Positions 9,399-21,131 of a stretch of 64,000 nt of DNA are shown here, piece after piece. Positions within the stretch are counted from its first letter, which is position 1; each line of letters begins with the position of its first letter. The DNA comes from Methanobacteriota archaeon (lineage in GTDB: Archaea; Halobacteriota; Methanosarcinia; Methanotrichales; Methanotrichaceae), in assembly GCA_029553285.1 (NCBI GenBank), contig JAKPCO010000106.1, forward strand, positions 1,921 to 65,920, in the 5' to 3' direction. The notes beneath the pieces were generated by a model that saw only the letters and a list, made by a program, of their open reading frames with translations, was not told where the DNA came from and did not search any database. The position numbers and the translations under genes are program-made.

Positions 9399-10388
9399 TT
9401 ACACGATCACAATCTCATCGCAGGAGCTGCAGGCTCTTCTGATCTCCTCCAGCGGCGCCCCTGGAAAGTGATCAAGGATGCATATGTCTGAGGGGCTCAC
9501 AGCTGAGAAGAGCTTTCGTACATCTCCATGGTAGACCTCTATCTCGCATGCGCCCCTCGCTCGCCCGACCAGCCTGGGGCTGCTCCCCACCATATCCTCC
9601 CCACGATGGAATATCTCTATGCTGTCTATGCCCAGAATATCCCTGTTGGCCTCAAGGTTGATGAGCACGTTATCGATCGCCGGCAGCCATATGTCGTTCA
9701 TCACGATCTGTTTCGCGCCGGCGAGGGCGCAGACGAGTCCCAGAGTTCCGGGCCCGCAGAGACCATCGATCACGCTTCTTCCCATGATCCGCAGCCCCTC
9801 CAGGATCCGTATCTTCGGGTAGTTCTCCCTGGGGAACTCTACGTGTATCTTCGACTGGCTTTTGTATATCACCAGGTCGCCGTAGATGCTCTGGATGATG
9901 TCACAGCGCATGTCACAGCCGGAGAGCAGCTCCCATGTATGCCCTTTCTTATCGACAACGCCAGGTATGTGTCTGCTGCGCCTGATCACGCCCTTGACCT
10001 CCGGGATCTCAAGGAGTCTTGATGCAGCAGTTCTGTTCACCCTCTCCATCAGCAGTATGAGCTGGGAATCACCGAGGCGTGGCGGATACGGCAGAGGGTA
10101 TCCGATCTCCATCATCGGCGAGCCGACGCTCCTGAGCGGCTCGCGATCGTCGCGAAGACCCTCCTCCACGAGGAGATCCATCGCCTCGAGCATGACCAGA
10201 TCGAGTGGAGCTTTCCCGCAATGCTCACACCTCTCCAGCCCCCCGGTCTGGAGAGATCTCCGTGGGGCTTTTTTGTCAATGTGAGGCTCATTTTTGCATT
10301 CTCGACATGCCATGTAAACATGATCGATGGAATTCAGGATGTGCGCCGCCGGTCTTACGCATCGTCCTCCACAGGATGGGCAGTCCAT
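9399..10388 (-). CDS. SAM-dependent methyltransferase with N-terminal zinc-ribbon
   Basis: Start taken at ATG 10388 (MDCPSCGGRC). The longer ORF to 10697 would overlap aclB. CxxC...CxxC...CxxC pairs at the N-terminus. Class I MTase motif I VIDGLCGPGTLGL near the C-terminus. Confidence 0.55.
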   Translation of the reverse strand: MDCPSCGGRCVRPAAHILNSIDHVYMACRECKNEPHIDKKAPRRSLQTGGLERCEHCGKAPLDLVMLEAMDLLVEEGLRDDREPLRSVGSPMMEIGYPLPYPPRLGDSQLILLMERVNRTAASRLLEIPEVKGVIRRSRHIPGVVDKKGHTWELLSGCDMRCDIIQSIYGDLVIYKSQSKIHVEFPRENYPKIRILEGLRIMGRSVIDGLCGPGTLGLVCALAGAKQIVMNDIWLPAIDNVLINLEANRDILGIDSIEIFHRGEDMVGSSPRLVGRARGACEIEVYHGDVRKLFSAVSPSDICILDHFPGAPLEEIRRACSSCDEIVIV

Positions 10389-10487
10389 GGTGAGAGTTGA
10401 TCGATGCAGATATGTAACACTTTCCCGGCTCCAGACCAGAAGATTTCTAAATACGAAGCGCTTAGGCCCGAAGAAGGTGGTTATAAG

Positions 10488-11744
10488 ATGGCACAGAGAG
10501 GCATTAGGGAGTTTGATGCTAAGAGGCTGCTTGCCAGGTTCCTCCCGGAATACCTCGATGATTTCGACTACAGGGGAGAGGTCGCCCTGATCGGGCCGGA
10601 GACCGATCTGGACCGCACGGTCTTCGAGAATCCCTGGATCCTCGAGAAGAGGCTTGTGGTGAAGCCTGATCAGCTCTTCGGAAAGAGAGGTGTCCACGGG
10701 CTTGTCCTGCTTAACGCCTCATGGGATGATGTCAGGGAGTACCTGAGCAGAAACATGAAGAGAGAGGTGACAATAGGCGGCGTCAGGGGCGTCCTGGACC
10801 ACTTTCTGGTTGAGCCTTATGTGCCTCATGAGAATGAGTTCTATGTGGCCATAAGCTCTGATCGCGATGGAGACACAATCTACTTCTCTACACAGGGAGG
10901 TGTCTGCGTGGAGGAGAACTGGGACAGGGTCATTCAGATGCACGTCGACATTCTGGATGGCATCGATGCCGCTGATATAAGATCAAAACTCCCGGCCTCT
11001 CCAGATGCAGACAGGATGGCGAGATTCATCGAGGCGCTCTTCAGGTTCTACGTCGATCTCGGATTCGCCTACCTGGAGATCAACCCCTTCACAGTCGTGG
11101 ATGGGAAGATAGTTCCGCTCGACATGGTCGCGAAGCTGGATGATGCTGAGGAGTTCTGGTGCAGGAAGAAGTGGGGTGATCTCGTCTTCCCGGAGCCCTT
11201 CGGCAGGAGCCTGACACCTGAGGAGCTCTTCATAAAGGAGATAGATGCGAAGACAGGCGCATCACTGAAGCTCACGATACTGAATTCGAAGGGAAGGGTG
11301 TGGACGATGGTCGCAGGCGGCGGGGCCAGTGTGATATACACTGATACGATATGCGATCTCGGCTTTGCTGGAGAGCTGGCGAACTACGGCGAGTACAGCG
11401 GCGATCCGAGCACAGAGGACACATATCATTACACAAAAACGATACTCGATCTCATGACCAGGGAGAAGGATCCGAGGGGAAAGGTGCTGCTCATCGGCGG
11501 TGCGATAGCGAACTTCACGGATGTCGCGAGCACCTTCAAGGGCGTTGTCATGGCCCTGAGGGAGTACAGGGACAGGCTCAGGGAGAACAATGTCAGGATA
11601 TACGTGCGCAGAGGCGGGCCGAACTATGAGGAGGGCCTGAGGATGATGCGGGAGCTCGGCAACGAGCTTGGCATACCCATAGAGGTCTATGGCCCTGAGA
11701 CGCACATGACCAGGATAGTGCCTCTGGCACTGAGGGGGGAGTGA
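10488..11744 (+). CDS. aclB: ATP-citrate lyase, ATP-grasp (beta/small) subunit
   Basis: ATG at 10488 preceded by GAAGGTGG. MAQRGIREFDAKRLL N-terminus and ATP-grasp fold motifs typical of ACL/succinyl-CoA synthetase beta-like subunits. 3-nt gap to aclA. Confidence 0.85.
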   Translation: MAQRGIREFDAKRLLARFLPEYLDDFDYRGEVALIGPETDLDRTVFENPWILEKRLVVKPDQLFGKRGVHGLVLLNASWDDVREYLSRNMKREVTIGGVRGVLDHFLVEPYVPHENEFYVAISSDRDGDTIYFSTQGGVCVEENWDRVIQMHVDILDGIDAADIRSKLPASPDADRMARFIEALFRFYVDLGFAYLEINPFTVVDGKIVPLDMVAKLDDAEEFWCRKKWGDLVFPEPFGRSLTPEELFIKEIDAKTGASLKLTILNSKGRVWTMVAGGGASVIYTDTICDLGFAGELANYGEYSGDPSTEDTYHYTKTILDLMTREKDPRGKVLLIGGAIANFTDVASTFKGVVMALREYRDRLRENNVRIYVRRGGPNYEEGLRMMRELGNELGIPIEVYGPETHMTRIVPLALRGE

Positions 11745-11747
11745 GCC

Positions 11748-13592
11748 ATGAGCTCGAGGCCTGATTACATTCTATTCGACAGAAACACGAAGGCTTTCGT
11801 TTACGGTTACCAGGTGAACGCAATCCAGAGGATGCTGGATTTCGATTACCTATGTCAGAGAGAGACTCCCAGCATTGCGGCCATAATAAACCCGAACAGA
11901 TCCGGAATACACAAGGCCTTCTGGGGGACGAAGGAGATCCTTCTTCCGATGTACAGGACGATCGCGGAAGCTGCTGAGAAGCATCCGGATGCTGATGTGA
12001 TGGTCAACTTCGCCTCTCACAGATCCGCGTTCGATACAACGATGGATGCCTTGAGGGAGAACACAATAAGAACTGTTGCGATTATAGCCGAGGGGGTGCC
12101 TGAGAGACACGCCAGGATAATCGGGGCGACCGCGAGAAGATCCGGAAAGGTGATAATCGGGCCTGCAACTGTCGGAGGTCTGGCAGCAGGCGCCTTCAGG
12201 ATAGGCAACACCGCTGGGACAATAGAGAACATCATCGCATGCAGGCTCTACCGGCCAGGATGTGTTGGTTTCGTCTCGAAATCAGGAGGCATGCTCAACG
12301 AGGCGTTCAACATCATCTCCAGGAACTCGAATGGCGTCTACGAGGGAATAGCCATAGGCGGCGACAGGTACCCCGGCTCCAGCATGCTCGATCACATACT
12401 CAGGTATGAGGCGAATCCAGATATAGCGATGATCGCATGCCTTGGCGAGCTCGGCGGGGAGGATGAGTACAGGATCGTCGATGCTCTGAATGAGGAGAGA
12501 ATAACAAAGCCGCTTGTCGCGTGGGTCACAGGAACATGCGCGCCCTTCCTGCCTGCGAGCGTCCAGTTCGGGCATGCCGGCGCGAAGGCAGACACAGCGA
12601 AGGAGACCGCACAGGAGAAGAACCGCGCGCTGAAAGAGGCAGGAGCTTTTGTGCCGGAATCCTTCGATGGTTATGGTGATGAGATAAGAAAGGTGTACGA
12701 GAAGCTCCTCGCCGAGGGTAAGGTCAGAGAGGTTGTCGAGCCGCAGGTTCCGAGGATACCGGTTGATTACAGCAAGGCTCTCTCAACCGGAATGATAAGA
12801 AGGCCCACAACGTTCATCTGCACGATCTCGGACGACCGCGGCGAGGAGGTTCTCTACGCCGGGATACCTCTGAGCGAGGTGCTCGAGAGGAACATGGGGA
12901 TCGGCGGGGTGATCGGCCTCCTCTGGTTCAAGAAGGTGCTCCACGATTATGCTGCCCGGTTCATAGAACTGGTCCTGCAGATAGTCGCAGATCACGGGCC
13001 ATCTGTCTCTGCGGCGCACAACGCCATCGTCGCATCATGCGCTGGCAAGGATCTCATATCCTCCCTGGCAAGCGGCCTGCTCACGATAGGCCCGAGGTTC
13101 GGAGGAGCGATTGATGATGCAGCAAGGGAGTTCAAGAGGGCATACGACTCCGGTCTCACCCCCGAGCAGTTTGTGAATGAGATGAAGAGGAAGGGCGTGA
13201 ACATACCGGGCATCGGGCACAGGATCAAGAGCGTCAAAAACCCTGACAAGAGGGTACAGCTCCTGATCGATTACGCAAAGAGGCACTTCGCCAGGACGGA
13301 TCTCCTGAACTACGCGCTCCAGGTCGAGGCGATAACCACAGCTAAGAAGGGCAATCTGATCCTGAATGTCGATGGATGCATAGGCATACTCTTCCTGGAT
13401 CTGATGGCATCCTGCCCGGTATTCACACAGCAGGATATAGATGATGTCCTGAAGTACGGATACCTCAACGGGCTCTTCGCGCTGGGCAGGACGATCGGGA
13501 TCATAGGGCACATCCTGGATCAGAAGCGCCTGGGCGCAAGGCTGTACCGCCATCCGTCAGAGGATATAGCATTCATGCTGCCAGAGCACTAG
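11748..13592 (+). CDS. aclA: ATP-citrate lyase, CoA-binding/citrate-synthase-like (alpha/large) subunit
   Basis: 614 aa. Phosphohistidine loop VQFGHAGAKA and citrate-synthase-type GIGHRIKSVKNPDKR motif in the C-terminal domain. Confidence 0.9.
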   Translation: MSSRPDYILFDRNTKAFVYGYQVNAIQRMLDFDYLCQRETPSIAAIINPNRSGIHKAFWGTKEILLPMYRTIAEAAEKHPDADVMVNFASHRSAFDTTMDALRENTIRTVAIIAEGVPERHARIIGATARRSGKVIIGPATVGGLAAGAFRIGNTAGTIENIIACRLYRPGCVGFVSKSGGMLNEAFNIISRNSNGVYEGIAIGGDRYPGSSMLDHILRYEANPDIAMIACLGELGGEDEYRIVDALNEERITKPLVAWVTGTCAPFLPASVQFGHAGAKADTAKETAQEKNRALKEAGAFVPESFDGYGDEIRKVYEKLLAEGKVREVVEPQVPRIPVDYSKALSTGMIRRPTTFICTISDDRGEEVLYAGIPLSEVLERNMGIGGVIGLLWFKKVLHDYAARFIELVLQIVADHGPSVSAAHNAIVASCAGKDLISSLASGLLTIGPRFGGAIDDAAREFKRAYDSGLTPEQFVNEMKRKGVNIPGIGHRIKSVKNPDKRVQLLIDYAKRHFARTDLLNYALQVEAITTAKKGNLILNVDGCIGILFLDLMASCPVFTQQDIDDVLKYGYLNGLFALGRTIGIIGHILDQKRLGARLYRHPSEDIAFMLPEH

Positions 13593-13734
13593 GCTCTGGC
13601 GGTTTTTATGCAAGGCGCCCTCCAGGAGATGTTGCTGAGGTTCACGCTTATTCTTTGAAGCGGTTGGCAGAGCTCGCCTCTCCGGCGACCCAACCATATG
13701 AGTCTTTCCTTCTCTCCAGAAGCCATTTCAGTAT

Positions 13735-13858
13735 CACTCTTATGTGCATAGCAACTTGCAGAGCATGCAATGTAGTCGCTGAAAGCATTCATTCGTCGAA
13801 ACGAACGCATAGCATGACCCCTGCTCCCTTTGGGCAAGTCATCAAATGGATAAGAGCG
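13735..13858 (+). mobile_element. MITE-like element family A, copy 3
   Basis: CACTCTTATG...AAATGGATAAGAGCG. Perfect 8-bp TSD TTCAGTAT at 13727-13734 and 13859-13866. Confidence 0.9.
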
Positions 13859-13873
13859 TTCAGTATTATGATT

Positions 13874-14191
13874 CATGCATCATCGGTTAAGATCGACATG
13901 TGTAGAATTGAACTTCGCTCTTATGTGTTTGGCAACTTGCGGGTCGTGCAATATGGCTGCTGAACGCACTTATTCATTTACCTAGAATATATAGCAAGCC
14001 CAGTGCTTCTATTGGGCAAGTTAACATATGGATAAGAGCGTTGAACTTTAATAGTCTTATCTCGCCTCAGTAATGCTATCAGGACTCGAGTACACAGGCT
14101 GTCGATTTGAATCAAACTCTCCACTATGGGGAGATCTCAATTTGTCAAATTTCGTGATCACTATATTTACATAAAATCCTCAACCGATGAC
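13874..14191 (+). mobile_element. MITE-like element family B, left copy (~185 bp, interrupted by family-A copy 4)
   Basis: Termini CATGCATCATCGGTTAAG ... CCTCAACCGATGAC. 8-bp TSD TTATGATT at 13866-13873 and 14192-14199. Roughly nine in ten positions match (by eye) the reverse complement of 15015-15198. Confidence 0.8.
13916..14040 (+). mobile_element. MITE-like element family A, copy 4 (nested in family B)
   Basis: CGCTCTTATG...ATATGGATAAGAGCG. 8-bp TSD TTGAACTT at 13908-13915 and 14041-14048. The uninterrupted paralogous site is at ~15150-15170. Confidence 0.9.
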
Positions 14192-14445
14192 TTATGATTC
14201 AGATAGAGTTTTAAAATTCACAGATGGCCTCTCCATGTACAGATATCGCTGAGTCCAGCAGGATGGCTGCCCGGCAGCATGATACTGTGAAAGCGACTCC
14301 TGCAAGGCTGTCCGGTGATTCGAGAACACGGCCTTCTTCCAATGGCGCGGCCGGGGTTACACACATGGCAAATATAATGCCATACAAAAAATTATTATAC
14401 ATCAAACTGCAGAAATCATCATGTCAGAATGAAGAGGTCTCCTGA

Positions 14446-14739
14446 ATGAGGAAACACGCTATTGTTCTTGTCATGATGGTGGTGATATTATGCCTCTGCA
14501 TCTGTGCACAGAACAGTGAAAAATTGAGCACAGTTCTGCCCATTGCGCGCCTTCTTGAGGTCTCAAAGAGTGCTTCATCACATATCATAGGCGTGGGCTG
14601 CAATCTGCTCGGAGAGCTCGCGACCAGAGCAGGAGCAGCGATATCAGCGATCTCTCTGGAGATCTTGAAAATTTTGATCAAAGTCGCATCTGGCCTGGAC
14701 GCAAGGTTCCAGTCAGTGCTCCACAGACCCATAATCTGA
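14446..14739 (+). CDS. Hypothetical small protein with N-terminal hydrophobic (signal-like) segment
   Basis: 97-aa ORF inside the AT-rich segment between the two family-B elements. No recognisable motif and a weak RBS. May be non-coding. Confidence 0.2.
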   Translation: MRKHAIVLVMMVVILCLCICAQNSEKLSTVLPIARLLEVSKSASSHIIGVGCNLLGELATRAGAAISAISLEILKILIKVASGLDARFQSVLHRPII

Positions 14740-15014
14740 GAGGCTTATGAAGATAGAGGGAGCCACCAGATCTGCCAAGACCGCCAGCGATTCGAGCCTG
14801 CAACTCAAACTGGTATGAAGAAGGGGATAGATCCGCCCGTCCGGGAGTAGCAATAGCAGCGGTGACGAGCGGTTAAGCTAGTAGTAGCTGTACAGATATG
14901 AAGCCATTAGCCATGCAGTGCGAAAGTATTCGGTGGCACCATGCGATCTACCTGAGTTCCCCATTTTTAGGAGTATGGAGTCGGGACATCTCGATTCGTG
15001 ATTCCTATCCATTG

Positions 15015-15198
15015 GTCATCGGTTAAGGATTTTCTGAAATATATTGGCCATGAAATTTGACAAATTGAGATCTCCCCCATAGTGGAGAGCTTGATTCAAA
15101 TCGACAGCCTGTGAACTTGAGTCCTGATAGCATTACTGAGGCGAGATAAGACTATCAAGTCCAATTCTACACATGTCGATCTTAACCGATGACGCATG
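15015..15198 (-). mobile_element. MITE-like element family B, right copy (inverted, uninterrupted)
   Basis: The reverse complement aligns end to end with 13874-14191 minus the nested insert. No clean TSD seen. Confidence 0.75.
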
Positions 15199-15404
15199 GA
15201 TGCCTATCAGGCTTCGCTCAATTTCGGGTTAAACCTGGGATGGTATCCCGGTTTCAGACGCTTCAGTGCCCAAATGTGGGGAGCTAAGGATCAAAAGAGA
15301 GGTTCACCGGGTTTCGTCGCCTGTGAGTACGGTCTTCTCGATCTGGAAGCCACGCCGTAAACCCCAGAGCAAGATTTGAGGTCTACGCCGCGGATGAAAT
15401 CCAC

Positions 15405-17582
<2,178 letters not shown>

Positions 17583-17590
17583 TCATGGAT

Positions 17591-18214
17591 TTAAATACTC
17601 CAGGAGCCATTCTCGAATCGCACCAGCCCTCTTGACTCAAGCCTTGCGAGCGATTCCCTCACAACCGCTGCGGGCATCTTCAGCCTCTCGGCGAGCTTCT
17701 CCTCTGTGGAGCTGCCTGATAGAAGGGAGAATAGCAGCTCCGCCTCGATCTCATCGGTCACGCATTCGTCTATCGCCCTCATCGCCTTCTGGCGCAGCTC
17801 CAGCTCCCTCGTTGCCACATCCGCCATCATCATTCTGAGACGGTCCATCTCGGCCGCCAGCGCTGAGAGCTCCTCGTGTATCGCTCTGAGATCGCGGCAG
17901 TCGGATTCCCTCTCCATGGATGGATCGGAGAGAGCATAGGCTCTCACTCCATATGAGTGCGACGCCAGCGCGACCTCTAGTACGAGATTTCTCGCCAGCC
18001 GGAAGTACTTGCGCCTCCTCTCATCCCTGTAGCACTCTATCAGCCCGGCTGCCTCCAGGACACCAAGGTGATCGATCACAGCCTTCGGTCCGACATCGAG
18101 CCTCTTGGCTATCTCGTTGAAGTAGAATGGCCGGAATGAGAGAAGCTGAAGTATGCGCCTCCTGTTCTCGTTCCCCAGAACATCAAGCAGCTCGACCGGA
18201 TCCAAGCCGAACAC
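17591..18214 (-). CDS. ArsR-family winged-HTH transcription regulator with C-terminal coiled-coil
   Basis: N-terminus LGNENRRRILQLLSFRPFYFNEIAKRLDVGPKAVIDHLGVLEAAGLI is a typical ArsR-type wHTH. 20-nt gap to cdc48. Confidence 0.7.
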   Translation of the reverse strand: MFGLDPVELLDVLGNENRRRILQLLSFRPFYFNEIAKRLDVGPKAVIDHLGVLEAAGLIECYRDERRRKYFRLARNLVLEVALASHSYGVRAYALSDPSMERESDCRDLRAIHEELSALAAEMDRLRMMMADVATRELELRQKAMRAIDECVTDEIEAELLFSLLSGSSTEEKLAERLKMPAAVVRESLARLESRGLVRFENGSWSI

Positions 18215-18332
18215 CCTGCCGCGAAATCATAACTGACGGTTAGTAACAAAAAGTTAGATATAAGCGTTTTGGTCTCGCTGCTGTGTTGAAAAATGTTAGA
18301 GGATATGATAGCTGAGGGCGAATTCATGCAAA

Positions 18333-18455
18333 CGCTCTTATGTGTTTGGCAACTTGCAGGTCGTGCAATGTGGTTGCTGACGCACTTATTCATTCACCAA
18401 GAATGCATGGCGGGACCAGTGCTTCTCTGGGCAAGTTATCATATGGATAAGAGCG
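18333..18455 (+). mobile_element. MITE-like element family A, copy 5
   Basis: CGCTCTTATG...ATATGGATAAGAGCG. 8-bp TSD CATGCAAA at 18325-18332 and 18456-18463. Confidence 0.9.
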
Positions 18456-18608
18456 CATGCAAATTTCAATTCTGGTAAAAATCGATGGCATTCGATCTCA
18501 TAGCTTTTAATAATTCAACACAGCATCTTGAGCCAAAGGCTTATTTATTGAGTGCATCCGATTCCGCTGGATGTACAATTCTCTGGAATCGACAGATGTG
18601 ATTTCGGG

Positions 18609-19862
18609 ATGCTTATCGTAGGTATAGATGACACAGACTCGGAGAGAGGGTTCTGCACAACGTATCTCGCAGCAGTACTGATAGAGAGGCTCAGGGCGAG
18701 CGGGCACCACACTGGCGCGCCAAAACTGGTGCGCCTCAATCCGTGTGCGAGATACAAGACCAGGGGAAATGCAGCCATCGCCATACCAGTGGAGGCTGAT
18801 GACCCTGCGGAGATCGGACGGATCGCCCTTAATACCCTTCTGGATCTCTCGGATCTCTCCGGAATAAACACCAACCCGGGGCTAGTGATCGCAGACAGGA
18901 TCACCGAGGAGATGAGGCGGTTTTACAGGAGGGCGGTCACGGAGATCCTGGAGATCGAGGAGGCGAAGAGGATACTCTCATCTGAGGGCATATGGCACCG
19001 CGGCTTCAAGAATCAGCGGGGGCTCATCGGCGCGCTCGCAGCCGTCGGCTCGGAGTTCGATGATTACACATATGAGCTCATAGCCTACAGGCGGAGAGAG
19101 CTATGGGGAACGCCGAGAGCTCTCGATGAGGATTCAGTATGGGATGCGGACAGAGCGACCTATCCCGCGACCTGGGACACGGTGGATTACTCGAACAGGC
19201 GGATAGTCTTCTCCCCACACTCGCCTGATCCGGTGCTGTTCGGCATCCGCGGTGACGATCCCGGGGCGATAAGAAGGGCTTTCAGCATGATAAGATCTGA
19301 GGCGCCCGAGAGATGTGTTATGTACATCACAAACCAGGGGACCGATGCGCACATCATAGACATGAGGGGTCGCGATACCCTCCTTCAAGATGACAGAAGC
19401 TACAGGCTGCTCGGCAGCGTTGCCGGGGAGCCACGCGTGATCGAGGGTGGGCACGTCTTCTTCCCCATCGATCTGGGCGAGAGAAACATTGAATGTGCTG
19501 CATTCGAGCCGACGAAATGCTTCAGAAAGATCGTCCGATCGCTGATTACTGGTGATCTTATAGAGGTTTACGGCTCAATGAAGTCCGGCACACTGAACCT
19601 GGAGAAGATCGAGATGATATCTCTGGAGAAGCAGAGAACTTCCAGGCCGCCGCTGTGCGCATGTGGCAGGCGCATGAAGTCGGCCGGATCCGGCCAGGGA
19701 TACAGGTGCAGGAGATGCAGGACGAGATCCATGGAGGCTGAGATCGTTGAGCTGCCCAGGGATATCGAGGAAGGACTCTACGAGGTCCCACCATCCGCGA
19801 GAAGGCATCTCGCCAAACCGCTTGTGAGAATGCGCGACCCGAGAGCGCATCCGAGCAGGTAG
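18609..19862 (+). CDS. tiaS: tRNA(Ile2) 2-agmatinylcytidine synthetase TiaS
   Basis: ATG at 18609 gives MLIVGIDDTDSERGFCTTYLAA, the characteristic TiaS N-terminus. C-terminal zinc ribbon CACGRRMKSAGSGQGYRCRRC. Confidence 0.8.
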   Translation: MLIVGIDDTDSERGFCTTYLAAVLIERLRASGHHTGAPKLVRLNPCARYKTRGNAAIAIPVEADDPAEIGRIALNTLLDLSDLSGINTNPGLVIADRITEEMRRFYRRAVTEILEIEEAKRILSSEGIWHRGFKNQRGLIGALAAVGSEFDDYTYELIAYRRRELWGTPRALDEDSVWDADRATYPATWDTVDYSNRRIVFSPHSPDPVLFGIRGDDPGAIRRAFSMIRSEAPERCVMYITNQGTDAHIIDMRGRDTLLQDDRSYRLLGSVAGEPRVIEGGHVFFPIDLGERNIECAAFEPTKCFRKIVRSLITGDLIEVYGSMKSGTLNLEKIEMISLEKQRTSRPPLCACGRRMKSAGSGQGYRCRRCRTRSMEAEIVELPRDIEEGLYEVPPSARRHLAKPLVRMRDPRAHPSR

Positions 19863-19894
19863 TCAACTCTCAGCAGATCTCTCTGCTCTCTGTA

Positions 19895-20015
19895 CGCTCT
19901 TATGTGCGTAGCAACTTGCGAGCATGCAATGTGGTCGCTGAAAGCATTCATTCGTCGAAACGAACGCATAGCATGACCCTGCTCCTTCTGGCAAGTCATC
20001 AAATGGATGAGAGCG
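19895..20015 (+). mobile_element. MITE-like element family A, copy 6 (no TSD seen)
   Basis: CGCTCTTATGTGCG...AAATGGATGAGAGCG. The core is almost identical to copy 3. Confidence 0.8.
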
Positions 20016-20112
20016 TTATACCAAAAAGCTGGGTTTTATGACATGTGTCGCTCCTGCACGATGGCGGTCTGTCATTCACGCCCCTGCACCTCTGCGAGAG
20101 GGTGACTTGAGC

Positions 20113-21084
20113 TTACCCGGATCCTGTCGCCCCGAACTCAGGAAAGTCATAGATCTGCGTTATCTCGTAACCCCTGGATTTCAGCCTGGCGCAGAGAAGC
20201 TCGGCTCTCTCCAGTATGATCTTGATCATGTGAAGCCGCACGGGTAGCGATGATATTGTGCTCAGGCTTATTCCCCTCTGCCTGAGCACATCGGTGTACT
20301 CATTGCTGCCCACCTCGACAAAGCATGCCCTTCCGGAGAGCTGTATGCCTGCCACATCCCTCATGCTCTCATACGGGTCGTAAACTGCGACCGAGACCCT
20401 GTCATTCAGCATGATGTTGGCAAACTTCTCCCCGCCCTCGCTCAGGAAGTAGATGGCGCCATTCCTGTAGAGGTACTCAAGAGGCGTCGCTCTGACTCTT
20501 GATCCATAACCTGTTGCAAGTGTGCATGTATTGTGAGATGCCAGAAACGCATCTATCAGCCTCCGGAGCTCGTTAACAGGCATCCCTGGAGAGATCATAT
20601 CTCTCGCCCTCTTGATCTCAAGGCCGAACTCAACAACCTCCTCTGTGACCAGCGTGTCTATATCCTGGAAGAGAAATCCCTTCCTCTTGCAGAACGACTC
20701 CATGCCGAGGAGATCGTTCGAGCTTAGCCTCTCGACGCACATCCTCCCGCCGAGGGCTCTCGAGATAAACACGCTCTCTCCGATCATCTTTTTGAGGCTC
20801 TCCAGGTTTGTCTCGCCATCCTTCCTGTCTATGGAGGTGGTGAAGAGCGCGATCCTCTTCTCCCTCAGCCAGCTCAGGTTCTCCCTCACAAAGTTCCACA
20901 GGTTCGGGCTGATGACTCCCTTGTACACGGGCGCGCCCAGAACGAAGAGCTCGAACCTCCTGTGCTCCGGCTGGATCTCGCCAACCTTCACAGCATCAGA
21001 GGGGCCGAGTATCAGCGATAGTGTCCGTGCAACCTCCTCTGTCGAGCCGTATCTGCTATCATAAACCACAAGAGTCCGGATCAT
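20113..21084 (-). CDS. Flavodoxin-like domain fused to pyridoxamine-5'-phosphate-oxidase-like FMN-binding domain
   Basis: N-terminus MIRTLVVYDSRYGSTEEVA (flavodoxin type). The C-terminal ~130 aa (NTCTLATGYGSRVRATPLEYLYRNGAIYFLSEGGEKF) are of the split-barrel PNPOx type. Confidence 0.65.
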   Translation of the reverse strand: MIRTLVVYDSRYGSTEEVARTLSLILGPSDAVKVGEIQPEHRRFELFVLGAPVYKGVISPNLWNFVRENLSWLREKRIALFTTSIDRKDGETNLESLKKMIGESVFISRALGGRMCVERLSSNDLLGMESFCKRKGFLFQDIDTLVTEEVVEFGLEIKRARDMISPGMPVNELRRLIDAFLASHNTCTLATGYGSRVRATPLEYLYRNGAIYFLSEGGEKFANIMLNDRVSVAVYDPYESMRDVAGIQLSGRACFVEVGSNEYTDVLRQRGISLSTISSLPVRLHMIKIILERAELLCARLKSRGYEITQIYDFPEFGATGSG

Positions 21085-21131
21085 CCCATGAGGTATTGAT
21101 TCGCCGCCTTTTTAACCCCTTCCTTGTGCGA

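Noticed and set aside
9399-10697. Full 432-aa version of the methyltransferase ORF.
   Set aside because: The first ~100 codons would overlap the divergent aclB coding start and its RBS and show no conserved features. The ATG at 10388, which begins with a zinc-ribbon motif, is the more credible start.
13874-15198. Possibility that the long inverted repeats flanking an AT-rich stretch mark a replication origin, with ORB-like TCTCCACTATGGGGAGA palindromes.
   Set aside because: There is no orc1/cdc6 gene nearby; the adjacent gene is cdc48, not cdc6. The arms are ~0.8 kb apart rather than flanking a short DUE. The left arm has its own 8-bp target-site duplication and defined termini, which fits a mobile element better. 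The resemblance to ORB consensus sequences is loose.
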